Assembly (NCBI GenBank): GCA_030704615.1
Contig: CM060732.1
Coordinates: forward strand, 75,206,001-75,270,000
Direction: 5' to 3'
Length of the DNA stretch: 64,000 bases
Origin: Takakia lepidozioides
Taxonomy: Eukaryota > Plantae > Bryophyta
Position 1 is the first letter of the stretch, and every line of letters begins with the position of its first letter. Below the pieces are notes generated by a model. It saw only the letters and a program-made list of their open reading frames with translations, searched no databases and was not told the origin of the DNA. Both the position numbers and the translations under genes were made by a program. Positions 1 through 13,700 of this stretch are shown here, in pieces.

Positions 1-1174
1 CTTCTAGTTTCTCCCCCGTATTTATTTACAAGAAGGGAGTAGTATAAGAAGCATTGCTTATGTGTAACCACAAATTTGACAGACAGCAGAGGATCTGGCA
101 TGCCCACCATACGCAAAGTGTAGGTTGTGATATCATCAGGAGTGAGATTGGTGAGGAACTCCGAAGTTCCATAGAGTTTGCAGAATAAGCACAAACCAAA
201 ACTTCAGGTTAGGCACACTACTTTGCTGAGAAGAAGCTTAGGTGAGTTATTAGATTCCTTCAATCTCCCTGCTGCTTTATTTTGCCCATCTTTGCTATCC
301 TCAGGCCATCCCTCAATGCATGGATTCTTGACCACGACCGTAAGAGACATCCCACCGGATGCTCCTTTTCAAAACTGCAATTTTTCCACTTGGTGGGTGG
401 GCAATTAGTTGGGATAGTCTCAGCTGGTTCACGTCGTGTGTGTTTTCTTCTCGCCCATCCGGCATTTCACCATTTGAAGCGCTGAAGAGCAGCAGCTTTC
501 TATCTGTCTTCTCACATTTTCAAGAAGTGCAAGGTATGCACGTACGAGCACTTTATTCGGGATCGCCTTTTGGTCACACCAGAAATCTTAAAAGCAAGTA
601 CGCAGATATTGACTTGGAAATGTAGAACACAAAGCCGAACCCCACTGCACAATTACAAACTTTCAAGAAATAGGATTCTCAATTGGACGAAACAGGCATA
701 CTAAGCCTCAAATGTCTGCAACCTTCACTTTCATGATAGATCTTAACACGGTAGTTTACAAACAGTAAATACTGGGAACTGGTGCAACGAGATCGGTATT
801 ATTGTAAATGGTAGGCACTCTTGGCTTGTTGAGACATCCGCGAGAAAGGATCTGCACATGCTCGGAACAAGTAAAGAATAGTTAGAGATCAAAGTGCACC
901 CTTTCTTCTCCCTTTCTTTCAGTTTCGCCCAGATGCAACACTCACTTTCCAACAACAATATGCCCCCCCCATCATGCGCCTGGCCTACCGGAAAACATTC
1001 AATCTTCAACGATCTCCATCCCCCATTTCAAATTGCACCTGTTTCTGCACTTGATGTGATCACCTGTATATCTAAAAAAAAGGGACTTTTCATGCACAAC
1101 CCTGGTGGAGATGATGCAAACCATAACCCAGCAGATACCAAAAGAGAATAGAGGAACAGCACCGATCTGCAATT

Positions 1175-1384
1175 TCACTTAGTTTCACTAGCAGCGGTGC
1201 CCTCCTGAGTCTCTTGAGACTGCTCCTCTTCGGACTCCACCTTAGCGGGCAGGGTGACACCGGGCCAGGGCTTGCACAGGCAGAGCTTATCCTGCGGGAT
1301 TGTCTTGTACACGCTGGGTACGTGCTTGCCGCATCCAGCCCATGACGTCTGCCCACAGGTGGTACAACTCACCGGGTAACACAT
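1175..1384 (-). CDS. Small (69 aa) Cys/His-rich protein of unknown function, probably metal-binding
   Basis: Single-exon ORF from ATG 1384: MCYPVSCTTCGQTSWAGCGKHV...CLCKPWPGV with an acidic tail. The C-x2-C..W.GCG.H..C.C pattern resembles a small uncharacterised plant/fungal family (from memory). TATA-like TATATA at 1491-1496 and a GA/CA-rich leader. Confidence 0.75.
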   Translation of the reverse strand: MCYPVSCTTCGQTSWAGCGKHVPSVYKTIPQDKLCLCKPWPGVTLPAKVESEEEQSQETQEGTAASETK

Positions 1385-1757
1385 CTTGCCAGACTCTTTC
1401 ACAATCTCCTTCTCTCTCTTCGTGTGTGTTTGTGTGTGAGTAAGAAAGGTTGTCAGAGCAGGATGATCGGGAATAAGGAAGGACTAGTGATATATAAAGC
1501 TTTGGGGTGGTGCGTGCCAAGCATGGCAGGCTTTGGAGATATCATCCTTTTTGTTCTTGTCCCCTGGCTCCTTATCCGATCGAGCCTTGCTTGATGCCAT
1601 GCCATGCGTATTCGCACTTGTTTTCCTTTTGCTTGCCCATCCCATCATCCACGCCATCCATCTCAGATTTCCAAATGCACTGTCTCGTTCGTCGGTCTGT
1701 TGAAATCGAGCGTCGTTCCCGCAGAGATCGTGACGGGGAAGACGAGGTAGGGCTGCG
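1385..1757. promoter_or_regulatory. Short divergent (bidirectional) promoter region with TATA-like element
   Basis: 373 bp between two divergent ATGs (1384 on -, 1758 on +). TATATAAAG at 1491-1499. Confidence 0.45.
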
Positions 1758-2870
1758 ATGGCTTCCGGATGGACTAGATCGGCAGCCATGGGGACCCGAC
1801 ACAGTGATGGCACCCATGTAAGCTTTCTGGACAGGAGCTTGGATGCTCTGTGGGCCAGAACTAGGGCAAGGCAGCTGCTTGTAATCGTGGGTCTGCTCGT
1901 TACCCCTTTTATCTTGATATGGCGGTTTCCAGTATCGTCTCTAAGGATTCAGCTACAGGAAGTCAAAGGATCTGTTGCTATACCTGGGTCTGTGCTTCAT
2001 CCGACCTTGCGGATAAAGAATGGGACAGAATATGTGTGGCAGGTGCCTGCGAATCCCAAGGCTGTTCTCTTCCTTGCTCATGGATGCTCATGTCGAGCTA
2101 CGTTTTTCTGGGACAGGCATCCAAACTGCCCAACATGCTCAGGGCTTCCCGAGGAACGAGCTCTTGTCATCAGTGCCATTGAGAGAGATTATGCTGTGAT
2201 CGCCATCTCCAGTAGCGGTATTTGCTGGAATTCTGAGGACGACCTGGAGAACACCAAGAATATACTGCGTGACTGGATCCTGGAGCAAGGGTTGATGCAT
2301 CTCCCGGTCACCGGTCTGGGGGCTTCATCTGGGGGCTACTTCCTTTCTCTTTTTGCGAGGCATTTCCGATTCCAAGCAATTGTGAGCATGATCGCAGAAG
2401 GAAGTTTCCGTAATATTCCTGACAGGAGTTCCTATCCTTCCATGTTATTTGTTCACATGCCCAAAGATGCATTGACGGCAAGAAAGATTCGGACTGTGAT
2501 GAAGTTATTGAAAGAGGCTGGCATTGAGACTGAAGCAGAGTCGTGCATGGAATTTCCCATTACAAGTGACTACTTTGCTCAGCGAATTCCATACATTGAC
2601 CAGGAAACTTCAGGGAAGATTTTGGCAGCTTTACAAAGAAGCGGTCACGCAGATGACAAAGGGTTGTTAAAGAAGGATGGGCGGCGCATCGACTGGAAAG
2701 GTGCTTTGACTGAAAGAGATTTGCTGCTACTGAAGTCTTTCAAGCAGCCTAAATGGGAGCGTCACATACAAGAAGAATTGAATGTTGCCTATGCTTTCCA
2801 CGAATTTACCAGCCATCCATCTGAGAGGATATTTTCGTGGTTCGATCATCACATCTCTCACTCGGGCTGA
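1758..2870 (+). CDS. Alpha/beta-hydrolase-fold protein with N-terminal membrane anchor (370 aa, intronless)
   Basis: Hydrophobic segment LLVIVGLLVTPFILIW, oxyanion-type LFLAHGC, nucleophile elbow G-A-S-S-G-G (GxSxG), candidate acid in HMPKD and candidate His in AFHE. Confidence 0.8.
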   Translation: MASGWTRSAAMGTRHSDGTHVSFLDRSLDALWARTRARQLLVIVGLLVTPFILIWRFPVSSLRIQLQEVKGSVAIPGSVLHPTLRIKNGTEYVWQVPANPKAVLFLAHGCSCRATFFWDRHPNCPTCSGLPEERALVISAIERDYAVIAISSSGICWNSEDDLENTKNILRDWILEQGLMHLPVTGLGASSGGYFLSLFARHFRFQAIVSMIAEGSFRNIPDRSSYPSMLFVHMPKDALTARKIRTVMKLLKEAGIETEAESCMEFPITSDYFAQRIPYIDQETSGKILAALQRSGHADDKGLLKKDGRRIDWKGALTERDLLLLKSFKQPKWERHIQEELNVAYAFHEFTSHPSERIFSWFDHHISHSG

Positions 2871-3368
2871 ATCCAGCTAACATTCTCGAGGGGCGTGCGT
2901 GGAGTGGGCATGTGTATATTTCCTGGCCCTCGAATACACGCTTGAATCTCTCAGGTTTCGGAGAGCAAATCCTGCCGGACCGGGCAGGTTCGTAGACCCC
3001 TTCGTGTTCATTTCCGGAACAAGATGGCAGCAAGTGAGTGGAAAATCTTGGAGGAGTTTCTTCCTTCATCTGGCAGTCAGTGGCTCTTAAGTTTCGCATG
3101 GAAAAAACAGATACTCAAAAAACAGATGTTCAAGTCTTGCAATAAGTCCGGTAGGCCATGGTACCAGGTTCATGGGGCCACTCAGCAATTCTTACAGACT
3201 CGGTCACAAGTATATCTTGTTTGAGGAACCCTTGAATCCAAGAAGACATTCAATGGGGGATACTATGGTTCACCATTGAGTCAGGAACAGTGACATTAAT
3301 GTATCTTCGGGCTGTCCACTTGGAGCAAGCATACTCAAGGGATGTAATGCACCTGTCTATCCTCTGTG

Positions 3369-3493
3369 CTCTCTCTCTCTCTCTCTTCCGCTCAAACTGG
3401 GTGCAGATTCTACTATGTTCACAAGGCAACGGCATACAGCTTATGAGTACACCCCTCTCTCTCTCTCTCTCTCATGAACACACACACACACAC
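3369..3493. repeat. (CT)n and (CA)n microsatellites
   Basis: CT runs at ~3369-3386 and ~3456-3472, followed by a CA run at ~3477-3493. Confidence 0.85.
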
Positions 3494-4731
3494 AGACATC
3501 TGTTCAAGTGGGTATTGGTCTAGTAAAGCACAGCCAACATTTGTTGTGCTGGGACTCCATAAAGCTCTTGACCATGGCATCAGACTAAGAAAGCTGACCT
3601 GCAAAATCTGATCCAAAGGAGGTCAGAGTCCTACCTTCCAACCTGAGCCAAAAAAGGTGTATTACCTTAAGTTACTCTGATCCTGGAAAAGAAGGAAGGC
3701 GCCATTCTGCAGAAGCCAGCACAATGTAGAGGAGAGAAAGTAATTGTGATGCACCTCAATGGGTCTTGTATCATCTCTATTGAAACATTTTTTGCAAGCA
3801 AACACCTCAATCCGACAAGAGGGTAACACAAATACCAAAATTTATCATAGCATCACTCAAATGAGATGTATATATGTACCTACCTATACGCACAAGATGG
3901 GGTAACAGCCTGCACACCTCAGAAGCTGCCTCCAAGTAATAACATACTGATATAAAGCAACACACAATTCACAGGTGTTACACAGGTAGGTCGAAGACTG
4001 CAACTAGGAATCTCAAGTACTCCCATAAAACAGATATTTCAAAGCCAATAGATGCACTCTGATAAGGCTGGCACGAGTGCCTGTCGGGGCTTCCAGAGCT
4101 CCAATTCCATCCATATAGCAACACCAGCAAACCCTATTAATATTTTCACAACTTCAACACCATATGTTTCAATGGAAGTGTGCACTTTCTCCATTGCTCT
4201 GTTGATTAGCACACCAGCCCCTCCAAATTGTTTTACTGGATAATATAATAGCAAATATCGCAGCATTGAGGTAGGGATTCCTCAACTGGAATCACTCCAA
4301 TTTAAGTTTTGTTGATCAACTGTTCTTCCGGTTAAACTCCTGCTGATCAACTGCTTTCCCCTGTCGTAAATCAATTGTGCGAAGTCACTTGGTACTAAAT
4401 TCTGTGCACGCTCTTGCACTTCACGGTCGATAGATCTTTCAACATCATTTTTGTTTCAGTGTCTCCATCATGATCTGTGACAGCAGCAGCAGGATCATGG
4501 CCAGTATCTGCTAGCAGTCCCTTGTCACATCCAGGATTCTCGCAAAGTTTATTACTCAAGTCTCTTGCGATGTTTTGGCAAATCGATAAGTTTCTGGGAT
4601 GCACTGTTGAGGTTAAACATTGGTCCAGTTCAACAACAAACATGCTTCCTGCATCCCAATTGATGGAAACCAGGATTGACCGAAAGGGTCAGAGTGGATA
4701 AAACCGTCCACTGTGATACATGGCTGTCAGT

Positions 4732-7700
4732 TCAGGGCTTAGGCGCCTCCTTGGCTTGCAATAGAGGTAACACAGTTTTAAGAGAGACAGCCTGATCTGT
4801 TTCAAGCACGGTGCTGCCTAACCGCGTAGGTGGCCAATAGCGCACCACTGACCGCCCCAGTATGTTCTTCACAGGAAGTGGCCCCCTGTAATGACAATCA
4901 ACCACTTATATCAGGTTGTGTGAAGGGGTATAATGCCAGAAGATCTAGAACAATAGGCACCCTGTCCAAGTTTAGTCTCTCTATAATGCTCAAAAAAGTG
5001 TACAGCCAAAGGGATGTAGTATGCATAGTCTTTCTGCCTGACTAACATCCTATAAATATACATCGAACACCACTGACAAACCCACATCCAATCTGACACA
5101 CCTAGTCCAAAAATGGTCCTTCCAAGCTTGAGTAGCATCTCTTCGGCTCGTCTGTAAGATTTGAGGTGAGAGGCTAAGCCCCACCTGAACTCAGGCCCTA
5201 TAGTGATAAAACTACACCATCCACACTCTGTTCCATTCACAAACTTCACAGTTGCTGCACTTGCAAGGTGCGACAAAACACAAGATGGTGAAGTTGCATA
5301 CCAGACATGAGAATCATAGCTGTTGTTCCGATTGTCACCCATGACAAACACATGACCTTCAGGCACATACTGCCACACCCCAACCCAAAAAGAAAACCTT
5401 GACGGTCAATACAACCTTTCTTGACTCGGAACACCTCTAGAGCTGTACTGCAATTCGACTGTTTCAGTACTTTCTGTCATAGATCTTCAGGGCCAGTGGA
5501 CCTCCCACTGCTCCTGCCCTGAGGGAGTTCAAAGGCGACTCCTCTTAATCTTAGTCGAAGAGCTACCTAGTGATGTCCCCCATAGCCTTAACTCACAAAT
5601 ATACCATGGCCATAACAGTGAACTGTGAAGCTTCCAGAAGTTGCAAGCAAGCCAATATAAGTAACCCCTGACAACCACAGTTGACCTAATAGCAGGAAAG
5701 GTCAGGAGACAAGACACAAAGGATCAGAAACTCAAAACATGGGCACTTAGGCATGAGACACTCCTATGTTGAGATCTGACACCTGACTTCCTTAGTGCAC
5801 AGGACAAGCTAAATGGCACTTGTTTACTTTTCAAGACAAATGCTAAAAGTAATCTGTAGCCAACCTTAAGGAAAACATCCCGTCATGGAGCTTACAGGGC
5901 ATCGCCATGGGAGTCGATTCCCTTATAACAACATCGTGATGGTTTTCAATAGCCAGCCAGCAGCCGTCCTGAAGATAAGGTCTGATCGAGAGACTTGATG
6001 CCTAGACCATACCTAGTCACAGGTCTCTAAAATAAGGGGAGTAATGAGATCAATGGTTGCCAAGATACATACTATTTGTTTCATGTCATAGAAAGGCGGC
6101 TCGGCGATGAAGTCCTCATTTCTCACATGGCCGTTCACCACGAGTTTACCATTCAGCACCTGCATCCCAAGCCGTGACCAAACTACATTAGTTATGAATA
6201 CTAGGGCCCAATGAAACCTCATTCGCATGGAATTAGCAACTGAGCATCATTTGGCTGAGTCCCATTCTAACAACAAGTGCCACACATTCATATTCAGCTC
6301 TACCCTACACTCGTGTGCAACACCGGACCTTCCGGTACACCCATGACAAGAACTAGTTATCTTACTTAAGTGAATGCATGCATCAATCCACAAGATAAAG
6401 TCTATGATTGAAATTTGTGGTCCCAAAACATACTCAGAAGTGGAGGTTCATCTATCAAACTGAGGACACTCATAGCAAGACTGAACCTAACTCCATCAGG
6501 GATCAATAATTTTCCTTTCCCAAGTACATAAAGACACACATTCATCACATGTAGACAGAGCCAAAAATTGGTTCAGTCTATAAAACAGCTGCAAAGTCAG
6601 AGAACCATACAGGTGGAAGTAGCAAAACCTCCTTTTTCAATTTGGAAACAATTTCTTTAGTGACACACAACAGACACAAGACGGAGGCAAATTGAGAGAG
6701 GTGTGGTTCAGCAAATTCGGTGCACACATACATGTCACTATATCTTATGCACAGGTAGAAAAAGTCGTGGCGAAGTAACAGCATGCACAATACATTTGTG
6801 CCATATGTAGAGAATGACTCAACGCAGTAATGGTTGTCACTGGGATGCAGAACACAATGATTGGGAACTTGCATTTGCTTTCATCCACATACCTGCACAA
6901 GGTCACCTGCTTGTGCAACTATCCTTTTGATAAACACCTCCCCGGACTTATAACCCCTTTCCTGTAAGAGACAATCCACCATCCTCCAGTCAGCTATCGT
7001 GATCCCTGAACCACAACAGAGCCATAACAAGACAAGAGAACAATAACCTTCTGACTACAGATTTGCAGACAGTTTATGAAGTATTTGCAAATGTTGACAG
7101 GCACAAAATCGTCACCTTAAGAACTTCAGGTGCCTTGAAAATGACAATATCGTTCACACTGGGCTTCCTGAAATAATAAGACACCTGTCATGTCCACAAA
7201 TCGCACCGCCCATCAAATACAATTCATCAAACCTGTAATTGCCTCCCTGCTAAACTAAACTCCTTGCAATCATCTTGAACACGGCTTCTACAGCCAACCA
7301 CCAAAGCAGAACAAGGACTTAAGGCATGAGAACTGAGCCTATGTATCATAACAAAATCTCTAAGACGAAACCGCCACAACTGCTGGTCTGTGCAGGCATC
7401 TACACCGCAACTGCAGAGATGCTCAAATTTCAGCTTTCTGCTCTCAAGGTTCCATATATTAACCAGGAATTGATATTGCATCCCCTTAAGTGCAACTTAA
7501 ATCTCCTAATATGAAAGAAAGATCAGAATTGAATGTGGTAGGTAGGAAAACAGTCAAAAAAGGATACCTTGCAGGGGGCAGAGCAGATTGGTAGGTTATA
7601 ATGAGTAAAATGCACTGGACATGAGAACAAACATGACGAGTACACAGAAGCCTCAGCAACACATTCCATACTAGGGAAACAAGGAACTATACCTTCTCAG

Positions 7701-8616
7701 CAATGATGCGATCTCCAACCTCAAAAGTAGGATACATGGAGAGTGAAGGAATGAATCTAGGTTCCGCAATAAACCATCTGAAAAGCACCGAGATGGCAAA
7801 AGCTGCAATAATTGTCTTGCTGTCATCAGACGTAAGACTAACCCAATCAGGTAGCCAGCTAACCCTGTCGCTTCCTGCTTTAGTATCTTCTATCTTTGTT
7901 TCAGTGACCTCATTCTGGGAGCTTCTAAGACTATCGTTGGAGTCGAAATTCTCTGATCCTTCTCCACCCCAGCCGCCTCCTCCTCCTCCTCCTCCTCCGT
8001 CACCATCTCCCAAGGACAGGCCAGAGCTCTCCTCGTGATGCACATTGGCGCTGGAGCCGTCACTCAAGGCATTGAACGACACCAAAGACCTCCTGCCCTT
8101 GCCAGGCCAAGGAGATTGAAGAAACTCATGGCATGGCAACCTTTTCATGCCATCAATAAGAGGGAAACTAGGGATTCCTACCATACCGGCTCTGTGAGCC
8201 CTTGGAAAAGAAGCTGAAGGCACTGAAATCCTTCGATAAGTATGGGATTTGAAAGAATGTGTCTGCAAGATAGGTGAAATGTTTCTCGAAGATCCTGTTT
8301 TGACTGAGTTTGATATTAAAGAATTTGATTGACGGAGCCCACTCACAACAGCAGTTACTCCTGGCGTTTCTCCTCCAAATACCCCCGTCTCGCGAGCTCC
8401 TGGTGCTAATACCTCCTCCCATGCTTGACAAGACGAAGCTCGTATAGAGACAGGATGGTTAGGTCCAAGATTTGCGTGTTTGCCACATAGGCCCTTCCCC
8501 AATTTCGGCTTTGGCCACCGGAACTCCGTGTCCACACTCAAATGCTTCACACTCAGGTTACCATAAGTGTGATTCACCACAAAGTGTGAACAGGAGACAA
8601 CAACATGGACAGCCAT
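4732..8616 (-). CDS. PLSP1: Plastid type I signal peptidase / thylakoid processing peptidase (S26 family), 6 coding exons, 456 aa
   Basis: GT-AG exons 8616-7693, 7184-7116, 6961-6893, 6159-6073, 5369-5302 and 4885-4732 splice in frame (1371 nt). Catalytic Ser box [20 protein letters not shown], catalytic Lys in [19 protein letters not shown] and WGPLP boxes. Long transit-peptide-like N-terminus with the poly-Gly stretch typical of Plsp1. The family call is firm; PLSP1 versus TPP paralogue is less certain. Confidence 0.92.
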
Positions 8617-10486
8617 AACGAAAAGTTTCTGAAAGAAATTCCACGAAAGAGACAGTGCTCTGATTATGAATGCCAAGATAGCTAGGCTTACAAGGACAAC
8701 CCCATCGTGAATCAACCAGCAAGAACAACGGCTGTAGTTGAAAATCTCGCCGACGAAATCAGCCGAGCTTTGAAGACACAAACAACAGCTCTCCCATCTA
8801 TGTGCGTGCTTTCGTATCAGTGCGAGCGAGACGATAGAAACACACTTGAAAGAAAGAACCGCAAGTCCCACTTCACGCAACAAGAACGGAATGGACCAAG
8901 CGACCGGTCGGTAGCTTATCAGTGGAGGCTGTCAAACTCGTAATCGTCGGTCAAAGAATATCCCGCGACAGACGGATCACACAATGAGAATGAAGCAAGA
9001 TCCAAGGCACCAGTCCGACAACAAGAACAAGAACAAGAACAAGATGCAAAGGTGCGCAGAGTCGCGCAGCCTTTCGTGAGGCAGGCCCTCGTTCGCAGAC
9101 GCCAGAGAGCCTCGCACACACAGAGACAGTGAAAAGAGAGAGAGAGAGAGACGAACGCGTGCGCCAAAACCCCGCCCGCCATCGCCATCCATCCCGGCCA
9201 TCCAACGGCCCTGATTGCGTCGCGTTGACTCCGGATGGTCTTCACTCTCCACCGCTAATTTTATAATCACTATTATTACCAGGCATTAAATCCTATTTTT
9301 TGAAAAAACGAATTATCCCAAAATAAAATTTAAAAACTCACTTTATTGAATTTGTTTTATCATTTTGTAAGTGGGGACAGTGGGCATCAAGTCGTTTATT
9401 TAGTTGTGTAATTCAGTGACAGACATTTTTTAGGTTAGTTAACGGTTTCGCAATGGAGTGTGGACGAGTGGCACGATGGTAGATTATATGGTACATATAG
9501 TAAATAATATATATTTGAAAAAAGGAAGTATCGCAAGAAGCAGCCCGCTGGTAGCCTGGTGCAATATTTTTTAACAACCTTAGACAAGACAAGGAAGTTG
9601 TAGCTCGGAAGTGGTTGTGGGTTCAATATGGGGTCAACAGACACCATTATTTTCGCTTACTGTCATACCCGGCCCACCTTCTATCCCTCTTCTAAGGAAG
9701 GCAGAGTCCTGGGGATGAAGAGACACCATAATTTATGCTTCCTTCAAGAGGCGTCATCCTTTCAATAACCTGGTCTTGAGTTTTAATTGGATACCCCTCT
9801 CAAACGCAAGTGTTAGTACTCTCTTCCTAGTGGAGTATGAGTCTCTCCAAGCCTGATCTCTTGCTTTTGCTAATAATTTACGCGTTTTTCTCTCTACCTC
9901 TTGTCTCTATCTAAGCCCTCATGTGAGAGTTGTTAGAACATGAGCACACTTTTTAGCAATGCATGAGGGCAGAAAAATGGAGGCATGAGCACAAAAAACC
10001 GCAAAAGGGTACCATGGTTTCAGAGAATTAGAATATAAAGGACAAAAAGGGGCAGTAGCCGTAAGGCGAAGTGGCTCTTAGTTACGCCGGCTTCCGCCAT
10101 AGTCTTCTCTCTCTATATATATAAAGGCACATAGGGCGAATAGACTCTCTTACTCTATATTTATAAGTTCCATATATTCACAAAAATAATAATAATAATC
10201 ACAAATTGATATTCTGCAAACGAATAACACAGTAGGGAAAACAAAGTTTTTTTTTTTTTTAAACATAGTTACAATATCAACACCATCTAAAGCACACGAT
10301 AATCAAATAGTTAGTTCAACAATTTAATGTAGTAAAGCACACCACCGGTTTCGCCAGCAAAAGAAATCCAAAATCTAGATTTTCCAAGATTGTATTAAGG
10401 AAAATTGGATGACATCCTCATTGACGAGGTGTCACTTGAAGTCATCTTAATTTATTTTGCTAATAAATTTCTACACATATTGTTGC

Positions 10487-10745
10487 GGAAGATAATAGGA
10501 ATAATGTAAGAACTTAATGCAAGCGCGTCAGGACGGTCCAGCCCTGACACCCGTACCGCCGGTTCTTCGCCGCCGGCAGACATCAAAAGGCAACCGGCTA
10601 GGCTCGGTCAATCCCTCCCCACCCCCGCCCTCATCCCATCGGCGTCGTCGCCCCCTGCGTCGTCATTCTATGACACCAGTCCGCCGCTTCCAGCAGTCCG
10701 CCAGTTCCCTGTAACCCCCGCCCCGGGTTCAACCATCACCCCCAT
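10487..10745 (+). repeat. Left TIR, unique outer part (~260 bp)
   Basis: Reverse complement of ~28316-28574 with scattered mismatches. The mirrored ORFs 10517..10714(+) and 28344..28544(-) both read MQARQDGPALTPVPPVLR. Confidence 0.95.
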
Positions 10746-13700
10746 GTAACCCTCTGTAGCTCCGCCGAGTGTAACCCATACCACCATGTAACCCTCTGTA
10801 ACCCATATAACCCCATGACCCTCTGTAACCCTCACCACCATGTAACCCTCTGTAACCCTCACCACCATGTAACCCTCTGTAACCCATGTAACCCTCTATA
10901 ACACCGCAGAGTGTCACCCCCACCCCTATGTAACCCTCACTACATGTAACCCTCTATAACACTTTGCAACCCATGTAACCCTATGTAACCCTCTGTAACC
11001 CATGTAATCCTCTGTAACACCGCAGAGTGTAACCCTCACTCCATGTAATCCTCTGTAACCCTTTGTAACCCATGTAATCCTCTGTGACCTTCTGTGACCT
11101 TCTGTAACCCATGTAACCCTCTGTGACCCTTTGTAACCCTCACCACCATGTAACCCTCTGTAACACCGCAGAGTGTCACCCTCACCCGTATGTAACCCTC
11201 ACTCCATGTAACCCTCTCTGACCCTCTCTGACCCTCTATATCCCTCACCAGGTGTAACCCTTACCACCATGTAACCCTCTGTAACACCGCAGAGTGTCAC
11301 CCTCGCCACCATGTAACCCTCCGTAACCCTCACAAACCCTCTGTGACACCGCAGAGTGTCACCCTCGCCACCATGTAACCCTCCGTAACCCTCACAAACC
11401 CTCTGTGACACCGCAGAGTGTCACCCTCATCCCATGTAACCCTCACTCCATGTAACCCTCACAAACCCTCTGTGGCTCTGTAACCCATGTAACCTTCTGT
11501 AACACCGCAGAGTGTCGCCCTCACCCCTTATGTAACCCTCACTCCATGTAACCCTCTGTAACCCATGTGACCCTTTGTAACCCTCACCACCATGTAACCC
11601 TCTCTAACACCGCAGAGTATCACCCTCACCCGTATGTAACCCTCACTCCATGTAACCTTCTCTGACCCTCTGTAACCCTCACCACCATGTAACCCTCTGT
11701 AACCCATGTAACCCTCTGTGACCCTCTATATCCCTCACCAGGTGTAACCCTTACCACCACGTAACCCTCTGTAACACCGCAGAGTGTCACCCTCGCCACC
11801 ATGTAACCCTCTCTAACCCTCACAAACCCTCTATGACACCGCAGAGTGTCACCCTCACTCCATGTAACCCTCACAAACCTCTGTGGCTCTGTAACCCATG
11901 TAACCCTCACCACCATGTAACCCTCTGTAACACCGCAGAGTGTCACCCTCACCCCTATGTAACCCTTATTCCATGTAACCCTCTCTGACCCTCTGTAACC
12001 ATCACCACCATGTAACCCTCTGTAACCCATGTAACCCTCTGTGACCCTCTATATCCCTCACCAGGTGTAACCCTTACCACCATGTAACCCTCTGTAACAC
12101 CGCAGAGTGTCACCCTCGCCACCATGTAACCCTCCGTAACCCTCACAAACCCTTTGTGACACCGCAGAGTGTCACCCTCCTCCCCATGTAACCCTCACAA
12201 ACCCTCTGTGGCTCTGTAACCCATGTAACCCTCTATAACACCGCGGAGTGTCACCCTTACCCCTTATGTAACCCTCACTCCATGTAACCCTCTGTAACCC
12301 ATGTAACCCTCTGTGACCCTTTGTAACCCTCACCACCATGTAACCCTCTGTAACACCGCAAAATGTCACCCTCACTCCTATGTAACCCTCACTCCATATA
12401 ACCCTCTGTGACCCTCTGTAACCCATGTAACCCTATGTGACCCTCTATATCCCTCATCAGGTGTAACCCTTACCACCATGTAACCCTCTGTAACACCGTA
12501 GAGTGTCACCCTCACCACCATGTTACCCTCTGTAACCGTCACAAACCCTCTATGACACCGCAGAGTGTCACCCTCATCCCATGTCACCCTCACTCCATGT
12601 AACCCTCACAAACCTCTGTGGCTTTGTAACCCGTGTAACCCTCACCACCATGTAACCCTCTCTAACACCACAGAGTGTCACCCTCACCCCTATGTAACCC
12701 TTATTCCATGTAACCCTCTCTGACCCTCTGTAACCCTCACCACCATATAACCCTTTGTAACCCATGTAACCCTCTGAGACCCTCTATATCCCTCACCAGG
12801 TGTAACCCTTACCACCATGTAACCCTCTGTAACACCGCAGAGTGTCACCCTCGCCACCATGTAACCCTCCGTAACCCTCACAAACCCTTTGTGACACCGC
12901 AGAGTGTCACCCTCCTCCCCATGTAACCCTCACAAACCCTCTGTGGCTCTGTAACCCATGTAACCCTCTGTGACCCTTTGTAACCCTCACCACCATGTAA
13001 TCCTCTGTAACACCGCAGAATGTCACCCTCACTCCATGTAACCCTCTGTGACCCTCTGTAACCCTCTGTAACCCATGTAACCCTATGTGACCCTCTATAT
13101 CCCTCACCAGGTGTAACCCTTACCACCATGTAACCCTCTGTAACACCGCAAAGTGTCACCCTCGCCACCATGTAACCCTCCGTAATCCACACAAACCCTC
13201 TGTGACACCGCAGAGTGTCACCCTCATCCCCATGTAACCCTCACTCCATGTAACCCTCTGTGACCCTCCGTGGCTCTGTAACCCATGTAATCTTCTGTAA
13301 CACCGTAGAGTGTCACCCTCACCCCTTATGTAACCCTCTGTAACCCATGTAACCCTCTGTGACCCTTTGTAACCCTCACCACCATGTAACCCTCTGTAAC
13401 ACCGCAGAATGTCACCCTCACCCCTATGTAATCCTCACTCCATGTAACCCTCTCTGACCCTCTGTAACCCTCTGTAACCCATGTAACCCTCTGTGACCCT
13501 CTATATCCCTCACTAGGTATAACCCTTACCACCATGTAACCCTCTGTAACACCGTAGAGTGTCACCCCCATCCCTATGCATCCCTCACTCCTTGTAACCC
13601 ATGTAATCCTCTGTGACCCTGCGTAACCCGTGTAACCCTCTGTGACCCTGTGTAACCCATGTAACCCCATGTAACCCTCTCTGACCCTCTATAACCCATG

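Noticed and set aside
8617-8883. 89-aa N-terminal extension of the signal peptidase ORF
   Set aside because: It begins at a non-ATG codon. The first ATG is 8616, so the upstream part is probably UTR or intron.
10517-10714. Mirror ORFs MQARQDGP... here and at 28344-28544
   Set aside because: A by-product of the TIR pair, with no coding signature.
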